From IMG/VR virus record IMGVR_UViG_3300047095_000752, positions 124,001 to 188,000 of that record: a stretch of 64,000 nucleotides of DNA. One strand, written 5' to 3'. Numbering within the stretch: position 1 is the stretch's first letter; the number at the start of each line of letters is the position of its first letter. This document shows, piece by piece, positions 9,230 to 19,002 of this stretch. The translations under genes and the position numbers were made by a program. The notes beneath the pieces were generated by a model. It searched no databases. It worked only from the letters and a program-made list of their open reading frames with translations, and was not told the origin of the DNA.

Positions 9230-9622
9230 TTATTTTTCGATTAAATTATTTATTTTTGATTTCAACTGATCTTTATACGCCAGACTTTTATTATAAGCAA
9301 ATCTACCTCGATCTGTTACGTCATTTGCGATATTGTATTTTGGGTTCAGTTTAAATTTATCAACACACGATTTGTACTTTGGTGTACCAGATCCATATCT
9401 ATTGGAACATGCTGTGTATATACCATTTGACTTAGCGTCCTTATTTAGTTTTCTTGTTTTTCGGGTTAAAATATGATTTGCAAGGATAGCGTCGATAGAT
9501 ATAGCTGATGCTAAATTTTTTCGTCTGTATTTATAGAAGGTTGCTGCGGCTTTTCTAGCCATAGATCCTTTAGATTCATAAAAGAAATTTAATTTTTTTA
9601 TAGATTCAGTTAAAATACTCAT
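9230..9622 (-). CDS. Leader-bearing small protein, class B
   Basis: MSILTES...FFYE; CSNRYG...YKSC. Confidence 0.7.
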   Translation of the reverse strand: MSILTESIKKLNFFYESKGSMARKAAATFYKYRRKNLASAISIDAILANHILTRKTRKLNKDAKSNGIYTACSNRYGSGTPKYKSCVDKFKLNPKYNIANDVTDRGRFAYNKSLAYKDQLKSKINNLIEK

Positions 9623-10425
9623 TAGTCTAAACTCGGTTTATATAGCTTTTCATTTATTTTATCGCCTATTTTGTCTTTAAGGCTTCGTGCTCGATTTGCA
9701 ATTGAATTTGGATCTATACCATATCTCTTATTTAATTTATCGACACATTTTGAATGTGATTTGCTTCCATCTTTATACACTTTAGAGCAAGCTACTTTTG
9801 GGTCTTTACCGCCAAATCTTACTGTTAATGAGTTCATAGCCGCATTTGAGGCAAGACCTGCACCGGCAGCCCCACCCGTGAACACTGCTGTATCTCTTAA
9901 TTCCTTTATACCTCGATTGTTCTTATATTTTTTGGCAGCATTTATATGTTTATTGAATTGAATGTCATCCATGGTACCTCGGAGTCCATCTCTCAGACTA
10001 CCTATGTCTTTGTCTACTAAATCACGAAACGCCTGACGATCTGTCTTATTTTTAGGATCTAATTTTTTTAACTTTTCTATTTTTCCGATGGCCATGTCGC
10101 GGTCATATTTCATATCAAAATTTTTGACTTGTTCTGGGATTTTAGCTTTTCTTGAAACAACATTATAAAAATTAATTTTATTATTATATCGGCGAGAGGC
10201 ACGACTGGCACGCTTAACTTTTGCAGCATCTATTGCGACTTTATTAAATTTGGAGGAAAGAAAGCTATTAATTCTATTCTTGGCTCGGTTTAGAGTCAGA
10301 GGTTTTTTATTCTTCTTTACTATATTCCCTGCTGCCTTAGCTGCGTCAATAACATCAGTATAATCTACATCAACTAGGTTCGCCAATTGCTTACCTACAG
10401 CCGTTTTAAAAGTTTCATTAATCAT
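9622..10425 (-). CDS. Basic protein of the same family (minimal MINE leader)
   Basis: GGAAGAGLA segment; CSKVYK...HSKC. Confidence 0.65.
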   Translation of the reverse strand: MINETFKTAVGKQLANLVDVDYTDVIDAAKAAGNIVKKNKKPLTLNRAKNRINSFLSSKFNKVAIDAAKVKRASRASRRYNNKINFYNVVSRKAKIPEQVKNFDMKYDRDMAIGKIEKLKKLDPKNKTDRQAFRDLVDKDIGSLRDGLRGTMDDIQFNKHINAAKKYKNNRGIKELRDTAVFTGGAAGAGLASNAAMNSLTVRFGGKDPKVACSKVYKDGSKSHSKCVDKLNKRYGIDPNSIANRARSLKDKIGDKINEKLYKPSLD

Positions 10426-10481
10426 TTTATTTTCCTTTTAGTAATTATATTCTATGATAAGATATATATTAATATTTAAGT

Positions 10482-11129
10482 CTACTGTATTCCTAATCTT
10501 TCTTTAAGCTTTTGTAGTCTGGTCTTCGGCGCTGGCTTTGGTTGGAGAGCACGATTTACGGCATATCCACCACCAGCGGCGGCTGCACCACCGGCTGCTA
10601 TACCAGCACCAATCTTAGCTTGTCTACGCGCTTGTGCTACGGCGGACTGTGATGCTGTAAGTGCGGGAGCGGCTTCGTCGGCAGCTTTTAAAGATAGAGC
10701 GGATCGTGCGTCTCTGGACTTATTTTTCCAATTACGTTTTGCCCACGGTCCAACTACTTCAGCATAAGTATTGGCACCACTGGCTTCACGTGAAGCCTTT
10801 TTAATATCTTTAAGCCTCATACCACCCGGCTTGGTACCGAATTGTTTTATCTTTTCACCTTTTTCAATTGCCGCCTTTAGGGTACTTTGATTCTTTTTAT
10901 CACCCATCACATTAACGCCGAATCGTCTTACAGCCTGTCCGGCGCGAGTACCAACAGCAGCCTTACCAAGTCCTACTATAGTATCATATCCGGTTTTAAA
11001 CTTATTTTCAGTTAAAATACCAGCTTCATGTAACTGTACAAATTCACTTACGGTCAATTCGTTCGTGGCTTCTTCAATTAAACTTGCTAACTGTTCTCTC
11101 ATTTCTAACATTTCTAATAATTCGTTCAT
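10482..11129 (-). CDS. Leader-bearing small protein, class A
   Basis: MNELLEMLE...LTVSEF..LHEAGILTE; IGAGIAAGGAAAAGGG. Confidence 0.75.
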   Translation of the reverse strand: MNELLEMLEMREQLASLIEEATNELTVSEFVQLHEAGILTENKFKTGYDTIVGLGKAAVGTRAGQAVRRFGVNVMGDKKNQSTLKAAIEKGEKIKQFGTKPGGMRLKDIKKASREASGANTYAEVVGPWAKRNWKNKSRDARSALSLKAADEAAPALTASQSAVAQARRQAKIGAGIAAGGAAAAGGGYAVNRALQPKPAPKTRLQKLKERLGIQ

Positions 11130-11134
11130 TTTAT

Positions 11135-12010
11135 TTAACCTTTCTTAGCATTTTGTAATGCGATAAATACCATCTTCTCGTAAAGACCTTTATTGATCTT
11201 TCTAAAGAATGATGAAAAAACGGAACTACCCGACACTGATGATGCGACCAATGTTGCAAATAATCTCGATCCATCTTCATAAGCTGGTAGACTTGATAAC
11301 CCAGAGCTATTAATAATAGTCTGTGAAAATAAATTTTCGGAAATAGGAATAATATTATTTTTTCTAAGTGCTGTTAAAAATCCAATCATAGATGATAAAT
11401 CAAAATTCAAATTCAATTCTGATGCTGATTGTGCATAATATCTATTTGCAAGTTTATTTATAACACCTTGATTTATATCTCCGCCCATAATACCAGAATG
11501 AACATACAATCCAATTAACACTTGTAGGTTAGGAATCAAATATTTATACGAGCCTTGAAGACCATGTTTCTTAGAATAAAATTTCATGAATGCGGATATG
11601 TAGAAATTTGCGATATGAATGTCAATATCTTTTTCGAATGGCTTACGTTTAATATAAGATTGTAAAGTTATAGCGTAAAGGAACATGGAATAAATATCAG
11701 GAGAACTATAATCAGATACATACTGACTAGGTAATACAGATAGATTTACAACAGGTATAAAGTCACGAGTTACAAAGCCGGGTAGAGGATATTCGGGCAT
11801 TCTAACTACAAGGCATTTATCCATATTTTCGATCACATATGAACCACCACCATGTGCTCTAGCATAACCTTTGGTTAATACTTTAATATGGTGGTTATCA
11901 TCAGCATCTACTTCGAATGCCTTGATTGTATTAGCGGCTACCGGTGATATGTTATATACTTGGTGTCCACTTTTATCTTTGATTAATTCAAAAGATTCTT
12001 TAATTCTCAT
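11135..12010 (-). CDS. Hypothetical protein (virion region)
   Basis: 291-aa ORF with RBS. Confidence 0.65.
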   Translation of the reverse strand: MRIKESFELIKDKSGHQVYNISPVAANTIKAFEVDADDNHHIKVLTKGYARAHGGGSYVIENMDKCLVVRMPEYPLPGFVTRDFIPVVNLSVLPSQYVSDYSSPDIYSMFLYAITLQSYIKRKPFEKDIDIHIANFYISAFMKFYSKKHGLQGSYKYLIPNLQVLIGLYVHSGIMGGDINQGVINKLANRYYAQSASELNLNFDLSSMIGFLTALRKNNIIPISENLFSQTIINSSGLSSLPAYEDGSRLFATLVASSVSGSSVFSSFFRKINKGLYEKMVFIALQNAKKG

Positions 12011-12070
12011 TTTATATGTTCCTTAGATCAAATTAATTCATAATAGAATTTTATAATATTACTAAATTAT

Positions 12071-12562
12071 TTATTCCCAATAGTCATCGGGAACGTTCTT
12101 TTTTGGTACTCTTCTCGACATGTGTCTATTTATATCATCTTGAAAACTACTGTATATATCCAACTTCTTTCGGGTGCTTCTGGGTTTCGTACTACGGGCA
12201 CCGTGTATCATATTATCATCAAGATTTTTATGAATTAGTCCTTGAATTTTTTCTTTTCTTAGATGTGCTGGTGTAGATCTTAATTCATCTTTCATATCTC
12301 TAAATTTATTGGCGGACATTCCCCACCGTTTATATGTTTTTACTACATCCTCAGCTTGCTCTTCCGGTGTCGTAAAGAAATTCGCAGCCAAACGCCGACT
12401 CGTCGCTTGAGGGGTACGTTTTAGCTGTTCCCGGTTTGAGGACTTTGCAAATTTAATAAGATCTGATGGCGTTCCAGATTTTGATGCCTTCTTTAAAATC
12501 TTTTTTAATATACCTTCTTTAAATAATTGAAGGGTATTTTCGGATTCTGTTAATATACTCAT
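12071..12562 (-). CDS. Leader-bearing basic protein, class B
   Basis: MSILTES...LFKE. Confidence 0.7.
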   Translation of the reverse strand: MSILTESENTLQLFKEGILKKILKKASKSGTPSDLIKFAKSSNREQLKRTPQATSRRLAANFFTTPEEQAEDVVKTYKRWGMSANKFRDMKDELRSTPAHLRKEKIQGLIHKNLDDNMIHGARSTKPRSTRKKLDIYSSFQDDINRHMSRRVPKKNVPDDYWE

Positions 12563-12566
12563 TATA

Positions 12567-13220
12567 CTATCCTTTAGATGTAATAGATTTAATCTTAGCT
12601 TTAATTCTGTTAATTGGCTTTGCAGCTTCTGCGGCTTTAGCCATCATTTGTTGGTTGCGTTCATTACGATTTTGATTGGACTTCTTAACGCCAGCCCCTA
12701 CAACTGTACCACCAACTGCTGTCGCTCCCGCGTGTGTAGCTAATGTTTTTCTAGATTGATTTACATTCTTTTTAATTCTACGTAGTTTACCGGCCGCGAT
12801 ATATTTATCGGCTTCAGGTCCGGACATCTGAGAAAAATGTTTAGTTTCACTCTGGTCAATACCAGCAGCCTTCATGCTACGATCTGCTTTAGCGATTTTA
12901 CGCTTCAACTGGGCTTGCTTGAGTTTATCTCCACCCATTACATTTTTTGCGAATTTGGTGGTGACTCTTTTTGTATCTTTACCAAACCCAATAGCTTTTT
13001 GACCTGTCTTTGAGGCGGCAACTTTTTGACCAAAACTAGAACCAGCAATACGCTTGCTTAATTTTGATAAAGCTCCAATACCATTCTTAATATTAAGTTC
13101 GTTTAGTACACCACTTTCGGTTAACATTTGAACTTCATTCATAGTAAGATTATCAACGGATTCTTCAATCAATTGATCTAATTTCTTCTTCATTTCTAAC
13201 ATTTCTAATAAGTCGTTCAT
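12567..13220 (-). CDS. Leader-bearing small protein, class A
   Basis: MNDLLEMLE...LTMNEV..LTESGVLNE; shares NVMGxxK with 10482..11129. Confidence 0.75.
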   Translation of the reverse strand: MNDLLEMLEMKKKLDQLIEESVDNLTMNEVQMLTESGVLNELNIKNGIGALSKLSKRIAGSSFGQKVAASKTGQKAIGFGKDTKRVTTKFAKNVMGGDKLKQAQLKRKIAKADRSMKAAGIDQSETKHFSQMSGPEADKYIAAGKLRRIKKNVNQSRKTLATHAGATAVGGTVVGAGVKKSNQNRNERNQQMMAKAAEAAKPINRIKAKIKSITSKG

Positions 13221-13265
13221 AGTATAAATTCTCCTTGTTATTTATTATATATTTGTCGAAACTTT

Positions 13266-13367
13266 TTATAGAGCGAATGAATTAACAAACGCAATAATTA
13301 AAGTTACTACATCATTAATAAAACTATTTAACAGTACTTCTAATTGGCTTAATAATAAATCAAACAT
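13266..13367 (-). CDS. 33-aa hydrophobic peptide (below the ORF track cut-off)
   Basis: MFDLLLSQLEVLLNSFINDVVTLIIAFVNSFAL*; AAGGA RBS. Confidence 0.55.
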   Translation of the reverse strand: MFDLLLSQLEVLLNSFINDVVTLIIAFVNSFAL

Positions 13368-13533
13368 GTTTTTTATCCTTTTTGGGTTGGGTTTGGTTGA
13401 GTTTAAGTGAGTATTTTATATTTAATCTTATAAACCTAATAAATTATTACGTTTATATGACATTTTAGATTTGCGACTTCCTTCTTGTTCGTATTTGATA
13501 TATGTTACTTTGTCGATGGTACCTCCCCGTCAG

Positions 13534-14073
13534 CTAGACCTGTGGTACGCCGGGTTCCAGCGGTGCTCCGTTCCCATCTTCCGGCGCACCTTCCGACGGT
13601 TCGTTGTACTGACTTTCGTCAATCGCTTGGTTAAGTTCACCTGTGGTGTACCGCATCTTGAGTCCATCGATGATGTAGCGCAACGACTTAGGCGTCGGTT
13701 TCACCACCGGATCCACGGCGGGGGGTGCGGTATAATATAATCCATTGATCTCCCACTGCTGCTTGCTCGGATTCCAGACTTCCTCTTCCCTCCGACCATA
13801 GAACCAGCGGGTCGGTATACCCCACTTGCCACCACTGGATGATCGGTATGCGCCATCCCAGTACCAGACGATGAGAGGACCATTTTTATATTCTGCCCAA
13901 ATCGGCCACTTTTTCTCGGCTAGACTATCGGGTCTGTCTGGAGTGTTCGTTCGCCAGTCGTAACCACCCACATTGAGGTAAGGAGCGACTGTTCCATATT
14001 GGTCCTGAGCGCCGCCGACGCTATATCTTAATCGTGTTATCATTTTATTCCTTCTACACCGATGGAACACCAT
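13534..14073 (-). CDS. Trp/Gly-rich hypothetical protein, high GC (start may be MITR)
   Basis: ORF with visibly elevated GC. Confidence 0.6.
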   Translation of the reverse strand: MVFHRCRRNKMITRLRYSVGGAQDQYGTVAPYLNVGGYDWRTNTPDRPDSLAEKKWPIWAEYKNGPLIVWYWDGAYRSSSGGKWGIPTRWFYGRREEEVWNPSKQQWEINGLYYTAPPAVDPVVKPTPKSLRYIIDGLKMRYTTGELNQAIDESQYNEPSEGAPEDGNGAPLEPGVPQV

Positions 14074-14099
14074 CTTATATTAAATATATACTATTATAA

Positions 14100-14438
14100 T
14101 TAATATTTGCCGCGCCGGGTCGATGGAGATGATAACGTATCACCTTTCGGTCCAGCCCACAAATCTTTACAAGCCCAATATGCGGCAGAAAATCTATCTT
14201 TCTGCTGATCACATTTATGTCTTGCTCTAAATGACTTTCTTGCTACGTCACTGTAGTTGTGACCATATCCCGTAGCGCCATAATGAATTAACTTCTCACG
14301 ACCACCTTCACAGACCTTGACCATTTTCTTCTTACCGGGTCTGGTTGAATTCATTGGTTTATTACAGGGCATTTTACTTTTATCGCTATTTTCTTTTAAT
14401 ATTGATTCTAAAAATAATTTACAGTCGCGTATTAACAT
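14100..14438 (-). CDS. Small basic protein with KSFRARHxC...AAYW motif (widespread in large viruses)
   Basis: PGKKKMV...IHYG..GY...RKSFRARHKC...SAAYWAC. Confidence 0.6.
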   Translation of the reverse strand: MLIRDCKLFLESILKENSDKSKMPCNKPMNSTRPGKKKMVKVCEGGREKLIHYGATGYGHNYSDVARKSFRARHKCDQQKDRFSAAYWACKDLWAGPKGDTLSSPSTRRGKY

Positions 14439-14449
14439 TTTTATATTCC

Positions 14450-15325
14450 TTACACCGAAGGTATTCCATCAGCGATTCGGTATGTGATTGATACCGGATA
14501 AGTTATTGTAAGTCTAGATCCAACCCTGAGTTGTGTCGCCATATTTGATAGTAATGATGAATTTTCAGAATTTGCTATAATATCAGATGTCTTCCAACTA
14601 ATTCTTTGATGCTTAGCTTGACTATTATAAACTAAAGTATAGTCGTAATTGTATTTTTGTTGAATTGAGAAATTATTAAGTTTAATTGATATACCAGACG
14701 GATTTGAAGGTTCTCTTAGTAAGTCTACGTATTTATTGGCTAGATCGGTAGATGTTAATATTTTAATTTCAGTCTTCTCGGTATTGTATATCCCGAGTAT
14801 CTGGGGTTGACCGAATCCTAACAATTGTTTCTCAGCGTCCAGTCTTTCCATTTCCATTTTATCTAATGGGTATTTTTTATAATATTGATTTATTTTAGTA
14901 TCTGATAATACAGTTTCTTTTAGTGGGATTATATTTTTATCAACTTGTCTATCACTAAATAATTGAAATATTGATGTATACGGCGGCACTAAAATAGTTT
15001 CAAAATCAACAAAATCTTCTCTCGAACTAACATTGTTGACATATAAGATTAAAGGCCAATATATGGTAGTATTATAATAATCAAAACTAACATAGTCTGG
15101 TCTCATATACCAACGTGAACGAAACGCAACTTCTTCACTTGAGTTTAGTAAGATGAAGAAGTTGCGATCAAAAGTTAATATATCAAAAGCTGGGAATTTA
15201 ACTTCAATATTGTTTTCAGTATCAACATCTATATATCTATTTCTAAAATTATCAATATCTGTTGCTAATTTTGAATTTCTAGATGCTTCTGTTCTAATTG
15301 AAGATTCTATTGGTTTAAGGGACAT
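14450..15325 (-). CDS. Baseplate wedge protein, gp53/LysM-like
   Basis: RPDYVSFDYYNTTIYWPLILYVNN motif. Confidence 0.65.
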   Translation of the reverse strand: MSLKPIESSIRTEASRNSKLATDIDNFRNRYIDVDTENNIEVKFPAFDILTFDRNFFILLNSSEEVAFRSRWYMRPDYVSFDYYNTTIYWPLILYVNNVSSREDFVDFETILVPPYTSIFQLFSDRQVDKNIIPLKETVLSDTKINQYYKKYPLDKMEMERLDAEKQLLGFGQPQILGIYNTEKTEIKILTSTDLANKYVDLLREPSNPSGISIKLNNFSIQQKYNYDYTLVYNSQAKHQRISWKTSDIIANSENSSLLSNMATQLRVGSRLTITYPVSITYRIADGIPSV

Positions 15326-15356
15326 TATACGTTACCTTATATATTATACTTCCTTA

Positions 15357-15671
15357 TTATACGTTGGAAATTTTTGACTTACAATAATTAAGCATTTTAG
15401 GATCATTCTTGTATCTAAAATTGCACAACGCCAATTTACCTTTATTTACTATACTTGATATCCCCGTAGGTTGTACATTTAACATTTTTGTAGTTTTAAC
15501 CGGAGTTGCTTTTGGGTTGTATGGCATTTTTGTATATTTTGGAGTTGCTTCGCCTCGTTTACCTAACATATTAGTTATAAAGGATTCTGATAAACCTAAT
15601 TTATTTATTTTCTTGTTTATTAGATTGTCTAATTCTTGCTTAGCTTCTAATAATTCTAATATATCATTCAT
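15357..15671 (-). CDS. Leader-bearing small protein, class A (short)
   Basis: MNDILELLEAKQELD...LSE; CNFRYK...NYC. Confidence 0.7.
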   Translation of the reverse strand: MNDILELLEAKQELDNLINKKINKLGLSESFITNMLGKRGEATPKYTKMPYNPKATPVKTTKMLNVQPTGISSIVNKGKLALCNFRYKNDPKMLNYCKSKISNV

Positions 15672-15691
15672 TTATAGGATCCTTTAAGTTT

Positions 15692-16234
15692 CTAACTATA
15701 TATAATATCATCGACTTTAGTTTTGATTTTTTCTCTAATTTTTTGTAGTTCTGGTTTATTTGCTTCAGCTTTTGCGGCGGCAGAATCTCTTCTTTTATTT
15801 TGAATTGATTTTCCTGCAATGGCTGCGGGCACGGAAGATGTACCGATTACCTTGGCTGCTCGTTCGAGTCCAATATCTTTACGAACCGCTTTTTTATTCC
15901 AATTTAACATAGCACGCATATAATCTAGATTTTTCATCCCCTCAAACCCCTCTTCGGGATCTAAGTCTATTCCATACCCATCTAAAGTTTTGACTCTTTT
16001 ATTTAATTTTTGAGCTAATTCAGCGGGTTTTGGTTTTAGAAATCCGGTTGAAACTCCAATTTTACGAATTAATTTTTTAGTATTAATTATATTATCTTTA
16101 GTTATCTTAATTTCGGTTAAAATACCATTTTCTTGTAAATAATTAAATTCGTTTACCGTAAGATCCCGAACAGCTTCTTGAATTAATTCATCGAGTTTTT
16201 CTTTGGTTTGCAACATTTCTAATAGATCATTCAT
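15692..16234 (-). CDS. Leader-bearing small protein, class A
   Basis: MNDLLEMLQ...LTVNEF..LQENGILTE. Confidence 0.75.
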   Translation of the reverse strand: MNDLLEMLQTKEKLDELIQEAVRDLTVNEFNYLQENGILTEIKITKDNIINTKKLIRKIGVSTGFLKPKPAELAQKLNKRVKTLDGYGIDLDPEEGFEGMKNLDYMRAMLNWNKKAVRKDIGLERAAKVIGTSSVPAAIAGKSIQNKRRDSAAAKAEANKPELQKIREKIKTKVDDIIYS

Positions 16235-16315
16235 ATTATAGTCCTTTAAATTCTAAACTAAAGTGTATGATAACACATTTTATAAATATTAGTTACGTTA
16301 AAGTTTTTTATGAAA

Positions 16316-16909
16316 TTACATTCTATCTTTTACAATATCTTTTAGCTTGGTTAATTTTCCGGCTTTTGCGGCAGCATAAAGTTTTTGAGCGCATGCCTTT
16401 ACTTCTTCAGGCTTTGAATATCTAGATTTACACGCAGTTACAGCATTACCGGTTTCTTTGTACACAGATAGCATACTACGATTTTTAACCTTATTGTTTG
16501 CGAATTGACCGGTCTTATACGCGGCGGTACCAGCCGCTGCAGTAGTTGCTAGTCTAACGGGGCGTTCAGTTGCTTTAACTATGCCCTTCTGATTTTTATA
16601 TGCATTTCTAAACATATCTTTCATTACGGCAGGCGCAATTACCTTTCCGAGTGCGTCCTTTTGTGAACGCGCCGCCTGTTTAGCGACTCTATTTACCATT
16701 TGAACTCGTTCTGCTGGAGTCATTTTTAAAATTCCAGTTGCAGTCCCAACACGCCGTAAAATTTTTGATAAAGGTTTCGTCGCAGCTTCATTCAGTACGC
16801 CAGATTCTTGAAGTGTCTGGAATTCACCTACAGTAAGTTCACCTACAGCTTCTTGGATCAGATTGTCAAGATCCTGCTGCATCTCTAAAAGTTCGATTAA
16901 TTCATTCAT
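16316..16909 (-). CDS. Leader-bearing small protein, class A
   Basis: MNELIELLE...LTVGEF..LQESGVLNE; CKSRY...KAC. Confidence 0.75.
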   Translation of the reverse strand: MNELIELLEMQQDLDNLIQEAVGELTVGEFQTLQESGVLNEAATKPLSKILRRVGTATGILKMTPAERVQMVNRVAKQAARSQKDALGKVIAPAVMKDMFRNAYKNQKGIVKATERPVRLATTAAAGTAAYKTGQFANNKVKNRSMLSVYKETGNAVTACKSRYSKPEEVKACAQKLYAAAKAGKLTKLKDIVKDRM

Positions 16910-16978
16910 TGTAATATCCTTTCAATGTTATTAGAATTAAATGGTTTACGTAAAATTCTTTACATATATTTGTCCGGT

Positions 16979-17515
16979 TTACCCTATATATCTATTAGCT
17001 TTATCTTTGGCTTTATCAAATATAGATTTATTTTTTAAAATCTCAGCTTCTTTTTTCTTTTTCAATTGATCGTGCTTAAGTTTACCATAAACTCCAAGAG
17101 TCACACCAACCCCAGCCGTTGTATAAGGGCGAGCTTTCATATTCTTGGGTAAATCTTTTATATTTTTCTTACCAGTTTTAATAGAATCTATAACTTCAGC
17201 TTTAATATCACCTTTAAATTTAGCTATATCAGCGGCATCTTTACCTTTTAATAAGGTATGTCTTTTGTCAATAGCATCATCAATGGCGTTAATAACAAAT
17301 CGGGTGGCTTTAGTTCCGGTCTGTAATACCTTCTTAGATACATTTCGGTTCGCGGATTTAGCATATGTACCGGCGAGCTTAAGTCCGGTCATTCCAAACT
17401 TAGCTAAATTTTCATTTAATATATTGAATTCATTGACAGTTAAATTGTTGATATGATTCTCGATTAACATATCAACTTCTTGTTTTGCTTCTAATAATTC
17501 TAATAAGTTATTCAT
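16979..17515 (-). CDS. Leader-bearing small protein, class A (start 17515)
   Basis: MNNLLELLEAKQE...LTVNEF..LNE; AAGGA RBS. Confidence 0.75.
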   Translation of the reverse strand: MNNLLELLEAKQEVDMLIENHINNLTVNEFNILNENLAKFGMTGLKLAGTYAKSANRNVSKKVLQTGTKATRFVINAIDDAIDKRHTLLKGKDAADIAKFKGDIKAEVIDSIKTGKKNIKDLPKNMKARPYTTAGVGVTLGVYGKLKHDQLKKKKEAEILKNKSIFDKAKDKANRYIG

Positions 17516-17531
17516 TATGTTATAATCCTTT

Positions 17532-18062
17532 TTATATATGGACATGTTTCCATGATTTATTTAATATTATATTTGATATACTTCTTGTATTTACATTAAA
17601 CATTTTTGAAAGATCAGACTGATTAAAAATTTGGTTTTTACCGTAAAATCTAATTTTCTTAACTTGTATTTCAGTTAATTTAGATCTGGCGTTATTTTCA
17701 CCTTTACTTGTTCTTAATTCATTGTCATATGCGTGTTGTATATTTTCGCTTCTAGTGCACCACTCTAAATTGTCTATATGGTTATTTTCTTTATTACCAT
17801 CTATATGATTAACTTCATCATAATAACTTTTCACATCCAATTTAAATGTAAGCATTACTAGTCGGTGATTTGTATATGATTTTCCTTTTTTATTTTTACT
17901 TAAATCTACTTGATGATATCCGTATCGATTTTTAAATGATTTCAGTATAAGTTCTCTATTTCTTTGAAAACTTTTAACTCTACCTAAATTGCTTATTTGG
18001 TAAAGCCCTTCATATTCTGGTATATCTTTCCAAACTTCTGTAGTCAATGTAACTAACTCCAT
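17532..18062 (-). CDS. NUMOD4-HNH homing endonuclease
   Basis: EVWKDIPEYEGLYQISNLGRVKS (NUMOD4); HRLV...VNHIDGNKENN..DNLEWCT.SEN. Confidence 0.92.
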   Translation of the reverse strand: MELVTLTTEVWKDIPEYEGLYQISNLGRVKSFQRNRELILKSFKNRYGYHQVDLSKNKKGKSYTNHRLVMLTFKLDVKSYYDEVNHIDGNKENNHIDNLEWCTRSENIQHAYDNELRTSKGENNARSKLTEIQVKKIRFYGKNQIFNQSDLSKMFNVNTRSISNIILNKSWKHVHI

Positions 18063-18758
18063 TTACAGTTCAGGTTTATCCGAACCTTCTTTTTTCCAAC
18101 TGTATTTAAATTTATCATAACCGCAGTTAGACCAGTTGATCTTTAGCTTTTCCAATATAGGATCCAAATCGTCCGCTTCTAAATAATGACCATATGTTTG
18201 AACGAAGTATCCCATATCACCTTGACATAATTCAATGGGTAAGTTAATTGCCGCATTGTGGTACATCTCGTGGATCGACTTCAGCAGAACAATAAAGGGA
18301 ACTCTCATCTTATAGTGCATTTCCATCACTTCATCGATGATATCAATTGAAGAGAATTCTTTCTTACTTATGACGTGTTTCATTATAACCGCTTTAACTA
18401 TAACGTACAATGCGGCAGGGTGGTGGTGGATATCGCTCTTAGCGTTAACGTGACTCTCCCCCGTGATCTGGCATTCCGTCATTTCCATCACATTACGAAT
18501 GTAGTCCGTCCACTCCCCATACTCCGGGCACATCCGGATCATACTTTCACATTTCTTTATAAACTTATTTAATTCTTTATCGTCTGAAATTTCATCCCGT
18601 TTATATCTTAATGTATATTCGGAATTCTCGGAATGAAGTTTATTATTATCTTCGTCATAAGTTACGATATTAACTTCCGTTTTAACGGTGGATGCTTCTT
18701 CGAATAATGAATTTATCCGAGCATCAATATCATCGTCTGCTACAGCCATGAAACCCAT
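18063..18758 (-). CDS. Hypothetical protein with HNH-like motif
   Basis: CQITG...DIHHHP...L..S.HEMYH. Confidence 0.5.
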   Translation of the reverse strand: MGFMAVADDDIDARINSLFEEASTVKTEVNIVTYDEDNNKLHSENSEYTLRYKRDEISDDKELNKFIKKCESMIRMCPEYGEWTDYIRNVMEMTECQITGESHVNAKSDIHHHPAALYVIVKAVIMKHVISKKEFSSIDIIDEVMEMHYKMRVPFIVLLKSIHEMYHNAAINLPIELCQGDMGYFVQTYGHYLEADDLDPILEKLKINWSNCGYDKFKYSWKKEGSDKPEL

Positions 18759-18765
18759 CTGATAC

Positions 18766-18996
18766 CTACCTTTTCTTCTTTCTTAACTTTTCTTTCATTT
18801 TGTACATATACATGTCGCATTTAAAGCGTTCATTTGGATCGTCGATGCTAGTACAACCATTCTTAATCCAACCGGCTCTCTTCTTACTACGAGTGAGATA
18901 TTCAATACCACCAATAGCAGATATAGTGGCAAGACCAATACTAACTAGGGCTTGATCGCTAATTTCTTTTAAAAATTGTTTATGTAAATAATTCAT
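18766..18996 (-). CDS. Leader-bearing small protein, class C
   Basis: MNYLHK..LKE; hydrophobic segment; WIKNGCTSIDDPNERFKC, shared with 7588..7962. Confidence 0.65.
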   Translation of the reverse strand: MNYLHKQFLKEISDQALVSIGLATISAIGGIEYLTRSKKRAGWIKNGCTSIDDPNERFKCDMYMYKMKEKLRKKKR

Positions 18997-19002
18997 AATT
19001 CG

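Noticed and set aside
10458-10480. Additional copy of the ATTATATATATTAA motif
   Set aside because: Imperfect, and oriented opposite to the downstream gene; may be chance AT-rich sequence
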